Below are positions 1-13,158 of a stretch of DNA of 64,000 nucleotides, in pieces. The stretch's first letter is position 1; every line of letters begins with the position of its first letter. The notes beneath the pieces were generated by a model. The model was given only the letters and a program-made list of their open reading frames with translations, did not search any database and was not told the origin of the DNA. The DNA comes from Trichoplax adhaerens (taxonomy: Eukaryota; Animalia; Placozoa): positions 6,378,299 through 6,442,298 of the forward strand of contig NW_002060943.1 in NCBI RefSeq assembly GCF_000150275.1. Direction: 5' to 3'. Position numbers and translations under genes: made by a program.

Positions 1-1362
1 TCGCATGTTACACATATTAAGTCGCTTAAATCCAATTACTTTTTGACCATGTATCGCTCTCAATTTTATGATGAAAGTGGTGATACTAAAGTTATTAAAG
101 CCTGGAATTTTGATAAAAATGGTCAGACAATTAAATTATCAGGCCATGCTGGTCGTATCCAGTGCTTTACATTAACCGATGATGAACGCTATTTACTGAC
201 TGGCGCAAATGACAACAGCGTCATCATTTGGGATTTATCCAATTTAACCATCTATGGCAAGCTATTAGGACATACTGAATCTGTTCAGTCCGTTGTAGTA
301 ACATCGAAAGCACGCCTTGCTGCGAGTGGATCAAAGGATGCTACAGTTCGATTATGGGATTTCAGCTCAAATATATGCCGCTTAATACATACTTATCAGG
401 GACATCAACATGTCGTTGATCATGTTTCATTTTCACCTAATAATACGTATATCATCTCCTTTTCATCAGAGGAGACTGTAGTAAAAGTGTGGAGTGTTGC
501 AACAGAAAATTTAATTGGCGATTTCCACATGCATGCTAAAATGCATACTTATGACATTAATGATATGAATCGTAAATTGATAATTGGAACTAATGATGGC
601 AGAGTAATCTTACTAAATATCTACGATTTATTTCGTAAGCGAGCTGGAACTAAGGTAGTAGGATGGAAAGATTTAAAGGTAAGAATAGGGAATGTAGAGC
701 GAAAATATATCGTACTTTACAAGCAAAATACGTATTGGATTACATGTTTAATAACGAGACCTGGCAAAATAATCTTCTGTACATAAACTAATATCATTAT
801 AGATCGTAAACAATTTTATTTTAAAGGTAGTCATGCTTGATGTTCCAATAATATCATTTATCAGATTACTAAATTTATCACAAACTTCTAAAATATGTCA
901 TCATCTAAGTTTTGCTATTGGAAGTAATTGATGAGAATGCAATTTTTGTTTAAAGCGTAAGCGTTAACTAATTAAATAATTAAAAAAATTCATCATTACT
1001 CGTTATAAGTCAGTAAATTATCGGCATTACTAGCTTTTATTCAAATAATGCAATTACAGGTGAATATGATGTGATTAATGATTTAAATTTTGTACTCTCA
1101 ATAGGCTAAATCTAGACCTAAATTCAAATTGAGTAATCCTGAGAAGGAAAATGGAAATATTAAAGACTCAAATCACATTAATAATAATTTGGAAAATTCT
1201 AATGAAAACCTAGAAACTTCTGAAAGGCCTAGACTTGACTCTAAGTCTTCAACGAATAGTAGTAAAGGTATTTTACGCAACTCTATTACGACTCCACCGC
1301 CTGAAATTTTGCAGTACAATCCTCCAGAAGTTCGCGCATCTGCTTGCTGTGTAATTTCTTAA
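1..1362 (+). CDS. 3' end of NACHT/WD40 (NWD1/2-like) paralog A; partial, WD40 repeats plus C-terminal CaaX exon
   Basis: Exons <1..678 (donor AAG|gtaaga) and 1105..1362 (acceptor tag|GCT), phase 0. The frame is open from base 1. WD40 repeats are present (GH...IWD, GH...LWD). It aligns by eye with the downstream paralog (LKSNYFLTMYRSQFYDESG..KAWN vs LKSNYFLTIFRTQMYDRSG..KVWN) and ends ...ASACCVIS*. Confidence 0.88.
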
Positions 1363-2751
1363 TTTAAATTCTACGTCGGCTTCATTGTCACAAAAATAAT
1401 AGACTTCAGTTTATTATTTAAATCTCATAACTTTCATAATGTAGATAATTCCATTTCATTGTAAATAATTTTCAACCATAGTTAATCCGATAGGAAAAAT
1501 GGTTTTAGATACTAATTTGTAAGGAAAATTAAGCTAACAATGTAGATATGATTTAACTTATTCGGTGATCAATTTTACATTTTCGAAATTGCAATTTTAT
1601 TCCATTGTAATGCGACAGATTTTAATAATTTGTACCATTGATCTTGTTTATCTGCTTAGTAATTGAGACTAATTTAGACTCAGGACATTACTTTTATGCA
1701 GTATGGCATTGTGCATTTTTCTTTCCAATTTTATAAATTATAGTGAAATAGCATCTAAATTTTCAAAGATAAACAATGCGGCACTACATCTTTATGAAAT
1801 GAAATTTAAAAATACACACCTACTTCACGTCACCAGCAAATACTTTGAATGCAGTTTTTATTATACTTTACAATCGTAATCATCAATCGAAATTATTTTA
1901 AGTAAATTTGAATAGTATGGTATTAGTTGAATGTTTTTCTATGCTCATTGAAGAAATAGTAAGTATTATTTTAATGAACTAATAGGAAAGATATTGAGGT
2001 AGTTATATCCTTAACATTAAACAAGAAATCGAGTAATTTGTAATTATGGTATCTTAATTATTTTATATAAAGTTAAACAATATCTCGCTATTCTATAATT
2101 TTAGATTGAATTAGCTTAAAAAGCTTTAAAATCGTATTCTACAATTTTAAAATATATGAGACTTTGGTTGATTAATCAATCACAAACGATCGTTACTAAA
2201 ATAAAAGAATCGCAGAATTAAATACAATAAATTACGAAAGTTAAAGAATAATAGATAGATAAAACAAATAACAAATTAAATGCATTAATAACTGGCTATT
2301 AACATACTGTTTTATAATGTACATGTTAACGTTTTATAAATAAAATTGATATGTAATCTTAAATAAATCATATTAGATATTACTGATTTACGTACATTAC
2401 ACTTTTAGGTTAAAGTTTAACAGATATTGTTAAAAGTTGTACTTTAGTATGCAATTTAATAGCAATATTTTGCTGCACAATTGTGCTCCTATACTGAAAC
2501 GACCCTCAGGATATATATACCCATACAACAGAATGGACAGCCTTAATTTACTTTAATAAAGAAGAGTATAGAATACTTTACAAAGCGAGAAGTGTGACTT
2601 ACTTTAATGGAAGTACGAAGAAATATCTGAATAGATAAGTAATCCGTATAAATAATAAAAAATCACAGAAAAAAATTATAATTTTTAATTGACCAGTAAA
2701 TAAAAACGTAATACTCACGAAATAATGATAATTCATTATGACTTATACAGT

Positions 2752-3075
2752 CCTAACTCTATCTCTAATCCTAGCTCTAGCTCTAACCCTAGCTCTAACC
2801 CTCGCTCTAACCCTCGCTCTAACCCTAGCTCTAACCCCTAGCTCTAACCCTAGCTCTAACCCTAGCTCTAACCCCTAGTTCTAACCCTAGCTCTAACCCT
2901 AGCTCTAACCCTAGCTCTAGCCCTAGCTCTAACCCTAGCTCTAACCCTAGCTCTAACCCTACCTTTCTAATCCTAGCTCTAGCTCTGACCCTAGCTCTAA
3001 CCCTAGCTCTAACTCTAACCCTGACCCTAGCTCTAACCATAGCCCTATAGAGGTCAACTTTAGCGCTAACTCTAT
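2752..3075. repeat. Telomere-like 12-bp minisatellite (CTAACCCTAGCT)n; minus strand (TTAGAG CTAGGG)n
   Basis: Directly visible tandem array with degenerate edges. Each half-unit is one mismatch from TTAGGG. Confidence 0.92.
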
Positions 3076-4669
3076 TGCTAGACCTCAAACTCTAAGGAAA
3101 TTCGATTTTAACATTGCAACTAAAGTATCTTTATCTTTGAATCCTAGCTTAAAATAGTTCATGCTTACAGACACTCTTCGATTGAAGCAATTTACTATTT
3201 CTCATACAGCTTATACTGTATGTTGATATCATTCGGCTGTTATAGAGAAGGCATAATTTTGACGATACTATAAAACATTCAAGTGTGAATCGGTTAGGAT
3301 CATTTTTATAGTAATTTCGATTGTTTTGTAAGATTAGATTCTCAGTTAATTGGTTTCTCTTGGGATGGTAGGCTACATTCGCGTTAAAAAGTATTTAATT
3401 AAGATGATGTATTTCAGAGCGATCTTGCTATGACATTCAGTATTTGCTAATTGCACAAGGGGTGTAGTTTTAGCTTCGACCAGTTTATATATGTAGATTT
3501 TCTCTGTCAACATCTCTACGTTTCAATATTGTAATTATGCAGCATTAATTATATTATTATAATTATCAGTATTTACCGTATACGTACTCATGTACTCGTG
3601 ACAATATTTCTATAGTACTTTACCGGTTGTTAACGTATCATGTTGCTACGTTCCTAATATCGCTAGAACAAATGTTCACAAGTAACTTAGTTATTACTAG
3701 CAAAGTTTAGATCACTCTGATGACGCCTTTCATAATGCTCATACATTATATATAATATAGTTATTAATTATATGCGATTGCTAGTAAGAACAACAAAGAT
3801 TTAAAATTATCATCCTTCAATCATGCAGCACAGTAGTATACTGTAAGATAGTGTTTTTCCGCTGAAAAGCACTAATCCGTGGGCCTACGCCACCAATCAT
3901 AATGATTATAATTATTAGAGCCTCTTATGCACTATCACATGAATAGGAATGTAAATTCCTGACTTTAAATATTAGCAAATTTTAATTTTTTCTGAGCTGA
4001 AGCAATAGACGACTTTATAAGTGCTAGCATTTCATTATCTTAGAAAGGATAAGTTAGAGTTTCGATAAGGTATTTGATGAGCCGCTACAATGTCATATTA
4101 AAATTACTATAAGGACATTATTCCTTGCACTGAACATATGTTGCATGTACTATGATATTAAAGACATTTTCTGCAGCAATATGCAGAAAATTATTCGAAT
4201 TCTTGGACTGGTAATTAATCTTATTGAACTGACTAGCCGAATTCGCACTCATTGATCAATACAAGTCCTAATCGAGCTGCAATAGGCATTCGATGGTTAT
4301 AACATGATTGCACTGATTTCCAAATGGCAAAAAAACATTTTTTCTATGGATTGAGCGGTTACTGTCATGATAACATGTGAAATTCTTCTGCGTTAATTGA
4401 CTCATGATAATGATGGAAAGTTGATTGCCAACACATCTACCTCACAACAGAGCTAAATAATAGTTAAAATTATTGAAAAACAAGTATTTGCCTAGGTAAC
4501 TATACCCCTATCGGACAGCTTTATAAAAATATTAGCTTTAAATTCATTCTAATTCCATAGCTATAAGCCTATAACAATGCTTCTCCATACTTAATATGCA
4601 TACTTTTTTATGACGTCAAGGACAAGAGATATTCATAATGATCAACAAATAAGGATAGATGGTCTTATT

Positions 4670-4683
4670 GTTGCTATAGTAAC
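4670..4683. promoter_or_regulatory. Candidate RFX X-box GTTGCT-AT-AGTAAC upstream of NWD paralog B
   Basis: Near-perfect palindromic match to the X-box consensus (GTTRYY-NN-RGYAAC), about 335 bp upstream of the ATG at 5017. A second one-mismatch site, TTTGCCTAGGTAAC, lies at 4487..4500. Confidence 0.5.
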
Positions 4684-5016
4684 ATTGGAGATTTAAGTTG
4701 AAACTTTATGATGGGATGTCATATAGGGAGTTTTGTTACGAATTTCGCATCTAGGCATCTCCGATGAATATGACATTTTGACCATTTTTATCCATATGCC
4801 AGTTTGGAAATATTCAAGATTGTCATTACAGGATAATATATATAAAATTGAGGTGAGGATAATTGTTGATTATTAAATGTAACCCGCTGAGTAATAATTA
4901 TCGATTTTATGCCAAATGGAAATGATAAATTGTACATGTTTGAACTATTTTCAATCAAAGTAAATGGTTTCTTTGATACAATAGATTGTTAGCTGGAAAT
5001 CTATCGACCTCCAGTG

Positions 5017-8000
5017 ATGGCAGTTGATGAAGTATTAGAAAAGGTTTTAGCTGGGAAGACAGAAAACCTACCACCTCAAAGATCGCAGATTGTTCGAATA
5101 TTTACTAGTTCTACCTTTACAGGTAGGTAATTTTCACGTATGGCTTGTTGCCATATTGAAAAGAACTTGCAATTTCTGAAGAAACAAATGTGTCAAAATG
5201 GCTCTTTTTAACCTCATCTGGCACGCTTAATTACTTGGAAGACTAATTTATAGTTCGTTTATTGTAGATACTGCAAATGAAAGAAACACCCTTATGAGAG
5301 ATGTCTATCCGAAACTCAAAAATTATTGTCGTAGTCGTTATGGATTAGAATTTCAAGTTGTTGATATGCGATGGGGTGTTCGAGATGAAGCAACGGATGA
5401 TCATATGACAAGTGCCTTGTGTATGGCAGAAATTAAAGCGTGTCAGCGGCTATCAATTGGGCCTAATTTTGTGGTAAGTAATCGTTTAGATACAAGAAAA
5501 TAGTAATATTTAGATAATATCTTTTTTATTTCGATCTAAAGACTTTGATGCATAAGATTTTGTGTTATTGCTATTACCAACTAGTCAAATTGATGAAGCT
5601 AACTACTTGAAGTAATGGATTAGGCATGATATGGATTTCAATATATTTAAAATCGAACTACAAATTACCATACGCTTCCCAATAATATTTAGCTTCAATA
5701 CAATTTTAATTCCTGTAATCTTTCTTTGCATTTCATATAATATTCTTACATGAAACATTTCTTTATCTCACCTAATTTTAAGCATTAATTGTGATGGAGG
5801 GTTCGATATCTCAGAGGATTGAGATTTAGTCGCCATTTACAATTATTACAACAAAGGGGTTATAAAAGTTATGCTTTATTGTAGGTTAGTAATGTGAAGT
5901 ACAGTGAGGTAGTTACGGTAGACCAACGTGCAAGCTGTCGTGAGTAACGAGTAGAAGTATTAGACTGTGAGAGACTAACTAGAAGACTAACTGAGAGGCT
6001 AATGAACTCTGAGGTAGAAATCGCCGGTATTTATAGTTTTAAAGATAGAGCACATGCAGAGAATAGGATTGTGGAATTAGATACAACATATACCATAACA
6101 GATTACAAAATAGCAGATGATTGTAGAAAACAGCGAGTACCGTAATAACTAAATACAGTAGTCTATATATGAATGTAGAGTAAGCGGACTGTAGATCTGT
6201 CTAAATATAAGAGCAATACAACATGTCTATATTTAAGAGTAGAATATAGTTACAGTATATTCTAAATACACTACATTAATCAATCAAACAGCAATAGTAA
6301 ATTAACGAGTAAAGTTTTGTACGGTGTATCTTAATACTGAGCTGAGAGCTCATGTTTAAGAATTAGAGCGTATAAAAATCCCTAATAATTTTAATATTAG
6401 GCTCTCAAAGTTGTTTTTATCGCACGGTAGCCAATTGAATCATAAGATCAAAAAATGAATTTTACCACGAGGATATTGTAAATATATTTAATATCCAAGA
6501 TTAATCATACGTGATAAACAGTATAAGCTACTTATTGTGGTTGAGCGAGTTATTTTAAAATATAGCACATATCCTTAATTCTATATTAATTGTTCGTCCT
6601 TGAATGATCATTAAATTTATAATCTTTCCGGCAGTAATGAATATCTTTGAGTATAGATTTTTACATTCTATAGTCTACAATTGTGTTGCTGTAGTAATCA
6701 ACCTCTATCGGTTCGAAATATTTGTAACACATCCGACCAAATCTATATGCCATAGTCAGATTGAAACTGCTTTGTAGTATTAAGTATCAGTATCATTAAA
6801 TTTGCTATTGGAACTATGCCATTATTGCTATTTATAAGTTAGAAATACGGTAGAATGTACACGGTATAATTTAATTCAAAGTTTTCATCTTCAGTAGCAA
6901 AGCCAATCTAAATTATCATGAATTCTATAATTCATTTAACAAATACTCGTGCTATATTCTGGACAATTAGTTCTAATGAAATTGTTGTTATACTTTGAGA
7001 TCGATTCCTACGGTAATGATTTTTAATTTCAATAAGCCAACAGCAACTGAATCACTTCTAAAATGATTATCAATTTTTACAATAGCACTTTTACATTTCT
7101 ACCATCGGTTGAATGTTCTTTTACCATAATTACACTTTTCGATATTCAATTTCGTCAATTTAGTTAGTAAAATTACTGTTATCTTAATAATAGGAGAAAA
7201 AATAGTTTAATAACGTAATCATGGGTTAAATTTTAAAAGAAAAAACCCATCTACAATTCTTTTAGCGAAGAAAGCAACGTTCTTCTGCTAGATTGATTAG
7301 GATGAAGAAATTGTTGATTTTTCGAGCAGTCACATTTCTGAATATGCAAAAAATTGTACGTCATTAAGTAGCTATATGCTCTTACTTGATTATTAATAAT
7401 TTTACAGACATTCTTGGGCCAGAAATATGGCTATCGTCCTTTTCCTCCTAAAATCCTTGCTACTGTCTATGATAAAATAATTCAATTGCTGACAGACCAC
7501 GGAAAGTCAACTGAGACATTTAAGACATGGTTTAAATTAGATGAAAATGCCAGTCCAGCCCTGTATAATTTACAGCCTATATCTTCAATCTTGAAGTATT
7601 ATATCGATCCTTCAGAGCCGGAATTGCATAAGGAAGATAAAGCGAAATGGTGGGATGCTTTTAATGAAATGCAACAATCATTTCGCTATGCTGCTAAAAG
7701 GCTATTGGAGAAGCAAGGGCTAGAGCGCGAAGAAGCAATGAGATTTTTAATTTCAGGTAGCATGCATATTGCTATCAAAGATCAATCTATTTGAAACTAT
7801 GCCATTAATTAAATGTAGATGATACTAACTTTACGGTCAATGAAAGATATTTTTTAGCTTTAACAGTTAAGCTGCGCGTTAATAAAAGATGTTACTTAGC
7901 TATAACAGTTTAGCTGTATATTGGCAAAATGCTCATCATTGCCCATCTTCTTTTCTTGATCTAGTAACCCACGAGGAAGTTATTAATGGTATTCTTAACA

Positions 8001-11000
8001 CAAATAAAGATATTGAGCCGCACTGTATTGGATTTGTTCGAAAAATTTCCAATCTTCAATCTGATCTATCTAACAAAAATGCTCCATCTTTTATTGATGT
8101 TGAATGGGGAAAATCAGAAGTTGATAGCGAAGCTCAGGATTTACTAGCTGATTTGCGAGATATTAAGCTACACGAAAAATTGCCCGCATCACGCTTATTT
8201 GAATCCACAATCGATTGGACAGATAATGGTATCGATCCTGAAAACGTTAAAGCTCATAGTCGCTATATTGAAGAATTTTGTGGCAAATTTTATAACACCA
8301 TGGTATCCATGATTGATGATGGGGTAGCAAAATCAAATCAGTTAACTTCCACCGATGATCTTTATCAAGAAGTTTTAAGTCATTTACATTTTTGTGTAAA
8401 GCAGTGCAAATCATTTCATGGACGCCGAAACATTCTCCAGCCTATTGAAGATTATATACAGCATAGCTGCCAAAACTCTAATGATATTCAAGAGCAACTT
8501 CCTCTCATCATCCACGGAGTATCAGGTAGTGGCAAAACATCAGTGATGGCTAAATGTACTCAGTGGACAGGCCAATCATATCCCCATTGTAAAATCATTG
8601 CTCGCTTTCTTGGTACTACGCCTAATAGTTCATCTATTTCCAAAACTATCTTCTCCGTTTGCCAACAAATATGTCGAATATATGATAAAGATGAAACACA
8701 AATTCCCGATGGATACTCTCAATTAGTTGCTTATTTCGCCATGCAGATACAGAATATCCCAGCTAACAAACCACTCGTAATCATATTGGATTCTTTGGAT
8801 CAATTATTGCCTGTTGATGGAGCTCATCGTATGCAATGGATACCGAATCGATTACCATCTCATGTTGCTATGGTATTATCGACTTTACCTTATGAATACG
8901 ATTGCTTGGCTGCATTAAAACAGGTATTACCTGAAGCAAGTTATATTGAAGTTAATCCTCTCCCGGTGGATGTGGGAATGCAAATTATTGATGACTGGTT
9001 ATCATCTGCATCACGTACAGTTAGTCAACAACAGCGAGAAATTATGACTGTCGCAGCTAAACAATGTAGTTTACCGTTATACCTCAAACTAGTATTTGAT
9101 CAAGCTCGGCGTTGGTATTCCTATCACACTATAACATCAGCAGATCTACCTGTTACTATACCAACAGTTATATCGCTATTATTTGATAAGTTAGAAAGAC
9201 AGCATGGTAAAATGTTAGTTTCGCGTGCACTATCTTATATTACTGCATCGCCATCAGGTGTAGCTGAATCAGAGTTGGAAGATTTACTGTCATGCGATGA
9301 TGTTGTCCTCCAAGACGTTTATCAATACTGGCTACCACCTGTTCGTCGTATACCTCCATTACTTTGGACAAGGATTCGAAGTGAAATTGATGAATATCTT
9401 GTTGAACGTGAAACTGATAATAATCGCGTTATATACTGGTATCATCGGCAGTTTATTGAAGTTGCTCGTGCACGTTACCTCCATAATGAAGGTGTGGTGC
9501 GAGAAATTCATAGCTTATGTGCTGATTACTATCTTGGAACATGGGCTAATCAAGAGAAACCTTTTAAATATACTGATAAACAAGTTAAAATGTTTAAATT
9601 AGATAGTGAAAATGGAAAAGCAGACAGGAAGGTACCTAGTCAACCGTTGATATTTGAATTGGATGGAGATATGGCCGGCCAAGGTGGCCGAGTTAGGTAT
9701 AATTTGCGAAAAATGAATGAACTTCCGTATCATTTAATTAAAGCTGGGCGATTGGAAGAAAGTAAAGAATTTGTTTATTGTTCATTTAACTGGTTACTAA
9801 CGAAATTAAATGCAACATCAATTCAAGAATTGTTAAATGATTTTACTATGGCACTGGATGCATTACCTGAAGAAGATAAAGAAATCAAATTAGTTTACCA
9901 AGCTATTCGTTTGTCAGCTTCAACTGTGATCACGGATCCACGCACCTTAGCCGCTGAATTAGTAGGCCAACTATCCGATCGAAGCTCGGGGGATGATTGC
10001 CAATACCTTGCTAAACTTGTTCAACAAGCAGCAGAATATGGCCAATATAATTACCCTCTCATGCCAATTCGATCATGTTTAAATATTTCGGGAGAGATTT
10101 TACAAGCTACCCTTGAAGGCCATACCGAAAAAGTCTGCTCCCTTGCTATTTCGCATAACGGATTATTTCTGGCGTCGGGCTCTGAAGATAATACAGTTAA
10201 AGTATGGAATATTGCATCTGGGAATCTAATGCATACTTTAACCGGTCATCATGAATATGTGTATGGATTAGCTATTACTGCAGACAATCGTATGATTGTT
10301 TCCTATACATATATTTGGGAATATGGAAAGAAAAGTCCTATTATCGTTTGGAGTTTAGAGTCTGGTGATCGACTAATGACTCTACGAGGGCATACCAAAG
10401 GTAAATGTCGGCTAGTGTTGACCAACAATTGCAAGTATGCTGTATCAGGTTGCAGAATCATGGGCAGATTACGAAAAGTTTTACCTCCTCGAAAGAAAGT
10501 AAAGTCCGATAGCGAAGAAGAAGATGAAGATGAAGATGATGAGATGATGATGATGATGATGATACCGAAGGAAACAAGAAAAGTAAAAACAATAAAGATG
10601 AAGACAGACCTACTCATGACTATGTTATACAAGACATAGATGACGGTGACGATTCTGCTGATGATGGAGAAGAAGTCGATAGCGATGACGAAGATGAAAA
10701 TAGTAATTGGTATGCAGTACTTGTATGGAGCTTAGAAAGTGGAAAATTAATTAGATATATGGATGGCCATACCAAAGAAATCACTGCAGTAGCTGTGGAT
10801 TCTTCTAGTACATTTGCTATATCAAGTTCCAGAGATAAAACAGCTCGTATTTGGGATTTAAATCATTACTATTGTCTGCGTGTATTAAAAGAAACTAATG
10901 GAGGCTGTCCTTTAGCTGAACTAGCTATATCTCCTGATAACTCCTTAGTTTTCATAGAAGGATTATGGCTTGGTCTCTACGATATCGCATCAGGGAAACA

Positions 11001-13158
11001 TTTGCATAAAATGGAGGACCCAGAGTATTCCTCTTCAGTTTATATGGCTGAAATTAGTCCTGATGGCAAGTTAGTTGGGACTGCAACTTCTGGCAATGAT
11101 GTTAAGTTCTTCAATGTGGCTAGTGGCGAATTCGTTTTCCGAATCAACGGCGATGATCGACAATATCGTCAAGGAATGGCATATTTTACAGCAGACAGCC
11201 AATACGTTATAGCCTCACTTGGCAATGATAAATTATCAGTTATTGATATTGCAAAAAGAGAAGTTCTTGCTGAATTTAAAGGGCATACTCGAGAAATTAA
11301 CGATTTAAAAATTTTCCGCGGTCGCGGGCAGCCATTTGCTGTCACTGCTTCAACTGATGAAACGATAAAAGTTTGGAATTTATCCGACCTGAGTTCTCTC
11401 TCTAATAAAAGCAGCGGAGATGCTGAACAAGTTGAGTACCATACTGATTATATTACATCAGTCCAAGTTACGCATGATAATCGCTATTACATTACAAGTA
11501 GCAAGGATAATACTACTAAGAAGTGGGATATGGAAACTGGAAAATTAGTTAAATCACTATCGGTAAAGCATGGACCACTAGGCTATATTCATGAGACAAA
11601 GGCTAGCCAATATAGGCAAGGAATTGCATTTCCATCTCGGAAAACATTGCGTTATACCGTTGATATTGAAAAACTTGAGGTAATTGATGAAACTAGGATG
11701 CCATTTCGAGCGGTGGATTGTGCTGCTATATCGGATGATGGCCAATATATCATTACATTATTAAGTGACAGGACTTTAATAATTTACACATCTGATTTCA
11801 GTACAATTGCTCAACATAAGCATTGTTATGCTACTGATATTATCCTTTTAAAATCGAACTACTTCCTAACTATATTTCGAACCCAAATGTACGATCGATC
11901 CGGTTCTAATAAAGAAATTAAGGTGTGGAATGCTTGTAATGGTCAATGTATAGCAAAATTAAGTGGCCATGAACGTAATATTTGGTGTCTAGCAGTAACT
12001 GAGGATGAGAAATATGCTGTTTCTGGTGCTTGGGATAAAACTTTAATTGTGTGGGAATTAGCGACTTTCGAGATCTATGGTAAAATGGTTGGGCATACTG
12101 ACATCGTAAAATCGCTACAGTTGTCGAAGAATAAATATTTGGCTGCTAGCGGCGCTAGTGATAATACTGTTCGATTATGGGATTTTTCTACACCACAATG
12201 TCAACTGATTTATACTTTGGAAGGCCATACAGCAACCATTGATCGCCTAGCCTTTCTGATGGAAGATCACTATTTGATGTCAATATCATCGGAAGAAAAT
12301 CTTGTTAAAATTTGGAATCCTAAGCAAGGCCAACTTGTCGCCAATTTTTATTCACATGCCAAGATTGTTAATTTTGCTATAGCAGAAAAGAAAAATATGC
12401 TTATTGCAGCTACAGCAGATGGAAGAGTTATGCCATTGAAGATTAATAAGCTACTGCAACCCCAGTCTACTGAGAGTGTTACTCCACAAACACAAAATGT
12501 AAGCAAGAGAAAAAATTTCTTATAGTGTCCTTATTGTCGGTTTATTACGCTTTTTCTTAATTAGTAATTAATACAGAAAAAGTGTTTAGCATCTAAAAGT
12601 TATGTTATTTATTCCGAAATACGATGAATTGAGAGCTTTCGATCATCCGTTACCAATATAAAGTAGCTTACGATAAAGTACTAATTCCCCGATGTAACTT
12701 TAATAAATCCTTTGATAACATTATTATAACTCTGTTCAATTCAGTCCTTATTGAACATCAGAAAAAAGTCTAAGTTGAAAAGCATTTCTATCTGAGCAAA
12801 TACTTCTGAAAAGGATTATTTGGTAGACTTTGTAACTATTATAAATATTTATCTGCAATTAATAGAGTAGTCTTTTGCCGTAAAATGCGCATAAAATTGA
12901 AATACGGATTTACTCGCTTCTTCGAGTAAAATCCACTATATAAATTATTAGCGATTACAGCTAACCAACTTATTGCTGTCATTAAAATTTCAGATCAAAG
13001 AGGAAAATTCTCCGCAGTATGAGCAACAAGCTGTGAATCAAAGTCAGCAAGAATCGCCTCAGCAGTCATATGAGCAAAATCCTCAGCAATATTCGAGTGT
13101 CGCAAGATTTGAAGGACGAAATGTTAATGCTGGTTCCACATGCTGCGTAGTAATGTAA
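5017..13158 (+). CDS. DUF4062-NACHT-WD40 protein (NWD1/NWD2-like) paralog B, about 1786 aa if one frameshift at ~10542 is repaired
   Basis: Exons 5017..5122, 5268..5473, 7408..7756, 7965..12498 (frameshift near 10542) and 12994..13158, all GT-AG with consistent phases. The N-terminus VRIFTSSTFTD..ERNTLM..VYPKL..VDMRWGV..FLGQKYGYRP is DUF4062-type. Walker A GVSGSGKT (8516..8539), Walker B IILDSLDQL, many WD40 repeats. Ends ...GSTCCVVM*. Confidence 0.88.
5790..6275 (-). mobile_element. Solo LTR, family A, in intron 2 of NWD paralog B
   Basis: 486 bp with TG...CA ends and a 5-bp target-site duplication TTAAT (5785..5789 and 6276..6280). On the minus strand TATAAATA (~6030) precedes AATAAA (~5878). 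Near-identical copy at 36606..37091. Confidence 0.9.

Noticed and set aside
2831-3088. 85-aa ORF (RARVRV/GLEL repeats)
   Set aside because: Translation of the 12-bp satellite.
10540-10565. Programmed ribosomal frameshift
   Set aside because: No X XXY YYZ slippery heptamer or evident downstream structure; an indel in the microsatellite is simpler.
9297-10632. ORFs 9297..9602 (+) and 10303..10632 (-)
   Set aside because: Alternate-frame or antisense shadows of the NACHT-WD40 exon.
12906-12934. Intronic inverted repeat GGATTTACTCG...CGAGTAAAATCC, and a similar one near 4168-4190
   Set aside because: Short isolated hairpins with no supporting context.
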